A DNA stretch of 64,000 nucleotides from the NCBI GenBank assembly GCA_965206745.1, contig OZ242220.1, positions 1,408,001 to 1,472,000 of the forward strand, in the 5' to 3' direction. Below are positions 59,547 through 64,000 of this stretch, piece after piece (positions within the stretch are counted from its first letter, which is position 1; each line of letters begins with the position of its first letter). The notes beneath the pieces are model-generated. The model did not search any database. It was not told where the DNA came from and was given only the letters and a program-made list of their open reading frames with translations. Position numbers and translations under genes: made by a program. This stretch comes from Nitrosopumilus sp. (GTDB lineage: Archaea; Thermoproteota; Nitrososphaeria; Nitrososphaerales; Nitrosopumilaceae).

Positions 59547-60683
59547 TTATCGGTCTGCCTCCACTGGCCAATAATTCAGACTCCAGTAAACTGACGGCAT
59601 GTTGCCTAGCTTCTCGCCCTTGAGAAGATTTGGCAGTGCAATGAGGTTTCTAAAGGAAGGCACGCTCAGCTTTACCCTGTAGGGCTCTGCCTTTCCGTCA
59701 GATACAATGTAGCAGCCAAGTGAGCCCCTGCCGGACTCTACGCGCTTGTACACAGAGTCAAGTCCCTTGCCCTTTGGATTTGGCTTTAGCTTGACGCGTA
59801 CAGAGCCGGACTTTGGCATCTTTTGCAGAGCCTGCCTGATAATGTTGCAGCTCTCCAGCATGTCAAGCCACGGGATCTTGGACCTTGCATAGGAATCCCC
59901 CTCCTTCATCACATTGGTATGGACGTCTAGTTCGTCATAGACATCGTACGGTTCCTTTACCCGGAGGTCATAGTCCACGCCACTTGCGCGGAGCACCGAG
60001 CCTGTCGTGCCGTATCGTATGGCTTCCTGTCTTGAGAGTACGCCAGTGTCCCGGGTTCTTGAGATTAGGATGGGGTTGTCATAGAATACTGCGGCATACT
60101 CTTTGATGCGTTTCTCAAAATAGTTTACCTGCCGCAAGCAGACCTCCTCAAAGTTTGGTGGAAGATCGTTTCGGACTCCGCCTGGAACAAAGTGCGCGTG
60201 CGTCACCCTGGCACCAGTCATCTTCTCCATCAGGTCAATTAGGAGCTCACGGTCTCCTGCAGGCCACATGAACATTGTAGAGTGACCCAAAAAGATCCCA
60301 TAAATTGCAAGCCAGTACATGATGTAGATACAGCGGTTCAGCTCTGATGCGATTACCCGGACATACTTTGCGCGTTCTGGAACCTCAATTCCAAGCAGCT
60401 CCTCTGCCCCCAGGACATAGGGGTAAAGCACGTTGCAAGAGTCATGAATTACTGGCCGTTCCAAGTGGGGAATGTTTAGAATGTAATTTCTGTACTCTGC
60501 CATCTTTTCCTCGCCGCGATGAACGTATCCAGGATCCGGATCACATCCGACGATATAGTCGCCGTCAATCTGCACGATGATTCTCATATGGCCCGAACCA
60601 GGATGCTGCGGCCCCACATTGAGAGTCATTATTCTCTCGTCAACTTTTTGGAGTGCCAATCCGGGCGGTAGTTCTGGTCTCAT
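59547..60683 (-). CDS. nuoD: Complex I subunit D
   Basis: NVGPQHP, GYVHRGEEK, C-terminal EADR. Confidence 0.95.
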   Translation of the reverse strand: MRPELPPGLALQKVDERIMTLNVGPQHPGSGHMRIIVQIDGDYIVGCDPDPGYVHRGEEKMAEYRNYILNIPHLERPVIHDSCNVLYPYVLGAEELLGIEVPERAKYVRVIASELNRCIYIMYWLAIYGIFLGHSTMFMWPAGDRELLIDLMEKMTGARVTHAHFVPGGVRNDLPPNFEEVCLRQVNYFEKRIKEYAAVFYDNPILISRTRDTGVLSRQEAIRYGTTGSVLRASGVDYDLRVKEPYDVYDELDVHTNVMKEGDSYARSKIPWLDMLESCNIIRQALQKMPKSGSVRVKLKPNPKGKGLDSVYKRVESGRGSLGCYIVSDGKAEPYRVKLSVPSFRNLIALPNLLKGEKLGNMPSVYWSLNYWPVEADR

Positions 60684-60685
60684 CT

Positions 60686-61276
60686 CTATCTACCTTTTAT
60701 TGCAAAGTCCTTTCTAAGCGGCGGCAGGTCTGCCCAGTCCTCTGGCAAAAGCAGTCGTCTGTTATCAGGGTGTCCCTCAAAGTAAACTCCGAGCATCTCA
60801 AATATCTCCCTCTCGTGAAACTCTACACTGTAAAACACGTCCCTAAGAGTAGGAAGACGGGTCGCATCATTTCCGGGAATCGGGTTTGTCTCCCTCTGTG
60901 CCCGAGTGGCCAAGACCAGTATCTGCCTTGCCAGTGAGGAGTCAGTGTATGACCCTATATGGTAGACGACCTCAATCTCGTTGTCTGCAGGATAGTCCAC
61001 CCCAGATACTGACTCGACATGATCATAGTTTAATTCGTCACGGATAAACTGGGCAACATCGTGAACATCCTTGCTGCCAACGTTAATTCTAACTCTGTCC
61101 TCTTTTACAAATCCGACTTTGACCTTGTCTCCAAACTCTGCAACGATCTTGTCTGAGATGCCCTTCTCAAATGCCGGCAATTCAACTGGTGCCGGTTTTG
61201 GCTTTTCTGCAGGTTTTGGCGGTGCCACTTTGGGTTTGGCATCTGCTGGGGGATTTTCAGTTTCAGCACTCATCAT
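60686..61276 (-). CDS. nuoC: Complex I subunit C
   Basis: EREIFEMLGV.FEGHP, PPLRKDF. Confidence 0.95.
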   Translation of the reverse strand: MMSAETENPPADAKPKVAPPKPAEKPKPAPVELPAFEKGISDKIVAEFGDKVKVGFVKEDRVRINVGSKDVHDVAQFIRDELNYDHVESVSGVDYPADNEIEVVYHIGSYTDSSLARQILVLATRAQRETNPIPGNDATRLPTLRDVFYSVEFHEREIFEMLGVYFEGHPDNRRLLLPEDWADLPPLRKDFAIKGR

Positions 61277-61797
61277 ACAAACTTCCTAGCCTTCATTCTC
61301 TTGATTTTTTCTTGCAACAGCATGCAGCCTTGTATGAGGGTTTCAGGTCTAGGCGGACAACCTGGAACGTACACATCAACTGGAATGACTCCGTCGATTC
61401 CCGGAAGTACATTGTAAGAGTCAAAATACAGGCCGCCGGTAATGGCACACGCCCCCATGGCAATCACATACTTTGGCTCCGGCATTTGATCATAAACCAA
61501 CCTTAGACGCGGTGCCATCTTTCTTGTGATGGTTCCCTGCACGACTACAAGATCACACTGTCTGAGTGATCCAAATGCCTCGATGATGCCAAATCTTTCA
61601 ACATCATATTTCGGACTAGATGCTGCGCCAAACTCCACACTGCAGCAAGCTGTTTCAATGTGGACAGGCCAGAGCGACCAAATTCTGCCCCAATTAATGG
61701 CATAGCCCAAGGGCTTGTCAATTGCCTTCTCCAAAATGTCCCCGAGCTTGCCGATGAAGACGTTTGCGTTTTCTGGCGTCATTAAATCTTTAAGCAA
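61273..61797 (-). CDS. nuoB: Complex I subunit B
   Basis: ACCSVE, MGACAITGG, PGCPPRPE. Confidence 0.96.
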   Translation of the reverse strand: MLKDLMTPENANVFIGKLGDILEKAIDKPLGYAINWGRIWSLWPVHIETACCSVEFGAASSPKYDVERFGIIEAFGSLRQCDLVVVQGTITRKMAPRLRLVYDQMPEPKYVIAMGACAITGGLYFDSYNVLPGIDGVIPVDVYVPGCPPRPETLIQGCMLLQEKIKRMKARKFV

Positions 61798-61837
61798 TAT
61801 TATCCCCTACCCTCATAAATCCGATTTATATAAAAAA

Positions 61838-62212
61838 CTACCATATCCTTCTTCTCCCTGACTGATACAAGGCAAATGCCATTGCCCCAAACATGATGGC
61901 CAAAAAGCCCATCATTGGCAGAGTCGCCATCTTTGGAATCTCCAAGAGGGCCGTCCCCCATGCATACAAGAAGATTGCCATCACGTCAAATACTACAAAC
62001 ATCAGGATGTACGGGTAATACTGCATCATAAAATGGGTTCTTCCCTCACCTGTTGGAACCTGTCCGCACTCCATTGGCAGAAACTTTACAGGATTGCTTC
62101 TTTTTCGCGGGGAGATCATCCTAGAGATAATCAAGGCTGGAGCCATGGCTACTACGGCAAAGCCAAACATCAATACAACGGTGCTGTAATTGCCCGCTAA
62201 TTCCCCGACCAA
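61838..62212 (-). CDS. nuoA: Complex I subunit A
   Basis: MECG, FVVFDV. Confidence 0.93.
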   Translation of the reverse strand: MVGELAGNYSTVVLMFGFAVVAMAPALIISRMISPRKRSNPVKFLPMECGQVPTGEGRTHFMMQYYPYILMFVVFDVMAIFLYAWGTALLEIPKMATLPMMGFLAIMFGAMAFALYQSGRRRIW

Positions 62213-62278
62213 TTTAGCTTTTCACCCTAATTTTTGTATATAATTCAATCGTTTTAGGCACATTTTCGATAGATAATA

Positions 62279-62301
62279 GTAGATATTTGTAAAATATCTA
62301 C
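62279..62301. promoter_or_regulatory. Perfect inverted repeat upstream of the nuo operon promoter
   Basis: GTAGATATTT-GTA-AAATATCTAC; TATA-like TTATATA on the minus strand at about 62237-62243. Confidence 0.6.
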
Positions 62302-62555
62302 CTTTTAATCAAAAACAGGGATCAGAAATTTTGGCAAGATAATACACACAAAGGCAGTCAATACGCAAAAAATATCCCAATCAGCAATTGGAATGATAAA
62401 ATTAATTTTGGTGACTCTCGACTTGCTTCTCCCAGCCGATCCAAATAGGCATCATCGGTTCAGCCAAGATCCTCTTGATTGCTCAAGAGACTTTACCCAC
62501 CTGATTATAATATCAAATATTCATATTTAAAAGTACACAGGACCATTTTAATCAG

Positions 62556-63239
62556 TCAAGACTGTTTTATCTCATCGACGTCATAGTCCAATCTCCTAAT
62601 CATGTTTACCGTAAGGTCCAGATTGTCAATTAGTGCCTTGTCTTTGTCTGGATGAAGGTTCTTTTTTATCTCCCCGATGCCAGACTCTACTAGTATGCTT
62701 GCCATGTCACGATAGTATTTCTTGTGAGAGTCCTTGTATCTTGCATCGGCAATGTCTTTTGCGTTACTAAAAGTTATGTGCCCTCCAATATCTTGCCGCA
62801 CTATGCCCTGCGGATGAAATACAAAGATGCTGTCAAGCAGTTGTTTTATCATCTCTGGGCCAAATATATCAGAGGCAATCTCCCTTTGAAGCGCCTTAAA
62901 ATACTGTAAAACATGCTCCTCTCCTGCAAGATCAAAGCTCAAGGCATACTCTACAATGTCGGGATTCAGGTCAGTATACTGTTCCCGGACGTATTTTTTC
63001 TCATCAGGACCGTGCGCTCTGTCAATCTTTTCTGTAGAGATATTGGAGATTCTGATCATCTCAGATAGCAGCGCAAATCCCTGGATGGAGTTTGTTATCT
63101 TTGATGTAATGTCATTTTTTGCCTTTGAGAGCCTCTTTGTTTCAGTCTTTGAGCGGTCTCCAACCTCCAACTGCTGGTTGTAGTGGCCCTTTAGAAAGTC
63201 CAGTATCTTCTTTTCAAACTGGGTGATCTGGTGTGCCAT
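62556..63239 (-). CDS. Hypothetical protein
   Basis: 227-aa soluble ORF with no recognised motif. Confidence 0.75.
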   Translation of the reverse strand: MAHQITQFEKKILDFLKGHYNQQLEVGDRSKTETKRLSKAKNDITSKITNSIQGFALLSEMIRISNISTEKIDRAHGPDEKKYVREQYTDLNPDIVEYALSFDLAGEEHVLQYFKALQREIASDIFGPEMIKQLLDSIFVFHPQGIVRQDIGGHITFSNAKDIADARYKDSHKKYYRDMASILVESGIGEIKKNLHPDKDKALIDNLDLTVNMIRRLDYDVDEIKQS

Positions 63240-63451
63240 TGTGGGAAAACAGTAGATGTTTTATTAAAGTCTACTTTTTTCTGGTTCCAGTATTTGCAGT
63301 CCAAGAGTTGCAAGAGAGTCCTGCGTATCTGGCCTGCAAAGGCTTCACAGGATGCATTATTTTGGTCTTGATTGTATCTCGGCAGTCTCTGAATCAATTT
63401 GCAAGATCATTTTCGAAAAGAACTTAATAGGACAGCCTCAAATGGCAAAAC

Positions 63452-63916
63452 ATGGAATTGAATGTAGGCGATGCAGCTCCCGGTTTTGAGCTTGCAGATA
63501 CAGAGTTGAAACTAAGGAATTTGAAAGAGTTTCAGGATGGGAAGATCGTCTTGTCATTTATAGTTGCAGCAAGCTCACCCGTATGCGAGGTGGAACTCTG
63601 CACATTCAGGGACTCTTGGAAGGAGATTTCAGAGACGGGTGCCAAAGTAATAGCAATTAGCAATGATGGCCCGTTTGCAAACAAGGCGTTTGCAGAAAAA
63701 CACAGCTTTAACTTTCCACTGTTATCAGACTATACAAGCAAGACAATCAGGGACTATGGCATTCTAATGCCGGACCTGCTTCACATCAAAGACTACAATG
63801 CGGCAAAGCGCTCCGTATTTGTGATTAATGAGGATGGAAAGATCGGCTACAAGTGGGTCTCAGAGGATCCGCTAAAAGAGCCAAACTATGACGAGATTAA
63901 AAATTTCCTAAAATAA
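63452..63916 (+). CDS. AhpC/TSA-family peroxiredoxin-like protein
   Basis: GDAAPGFEL, SPVCEVELCTFRD, FPLLSD, KRSVFVI. Confidence 0.9.
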   Translation: MELNVGDAAPGFELADTELKLRNLKEFQDGKIVLSFIVAASSPVCEVELCTFRDSWKEISETGAKVIAISNDGPFANKAFAEKHSFNFPLLSDYTSKTIRDYGILMPDLLHIKDYNAAKRSVFVINEDGKIGYKWVSEDPLKEPNYDEIKNFLK

Positions 63917-63919
63917 GAC

Positions 63920-64000
63920 TCACTCTATCTCTGCAATGACATCACCTTTAGCGACAGTCCCGCCCTCCTTGACTTTTACCGTCTTTACAACCCCGTCCTT
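63920..64000 (-). CDS. C-terminus of a biotin carboxyl carrier protein (acetyl/propionyl-CoA carboxylase), partial
   Basis: KDGVVKTVKVKEGGTVAKGDVIAEIE* is a typical biotinyl/lipoyl-domain ending. Confidence 0.75.
   Translation of the reverse strand, partial: KDGVVKTVKVKEGGTVAKGDVIAEIE

Noticed and set aside
1-64000. CRISPR array, transposase, integrase or tRNA-end duplication (att site)
   Set aside because: No regularly spaced repeats or recombinase motifs seen; no convincing duplicate of any tRNA 3' end found by eye.

Overview
Chromosomal segment of an ammonia-oxidising archaeon (Nitrososphaerota, Nitrosopumilus-like; inferred from gene content, order and protein sequences). Most of it is conserved housekeeping backbone: a metal cluster (CDF, ZIP, two-domain multicopper oxidase), uS13/uS4, glmS, cobT, rpoN-enolase-uS2-mvk, ipk-idi-idsA-gltX, a non-oxidative pentose phosphate cluster, ABCE1, pyrE, the 11-gene complex I operon (nuoABCDHIJKMLN) and the 3' end of a biotin carrier gene. 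It also has four tRNAs (one with a T-loop intron) and a stand-alone 5S rRNA. Two accessory patches (about 18.4-20.45 kb and 41-50 kb) carry pseudogenes, a phage-like phosphoesterase, a two-component pair and a HYR-repeat surface protein bracketed by a 27-bp direct repeat. The best candidates for novelty are short genes missed or not resolved by the ORF track. These are a 50-aa Cys-rich protein divergent from a winged-helix gene across palindromes beside the metal cluster, a 26-aa single-TM peptide upstream of corA, and a 42-aa canonical C2H2 zinc finger. Several strong operator-like palindromes also stand out. No CRISPR array, transposase or integrase was seen. All family calls are from motif recognition, not database searches.
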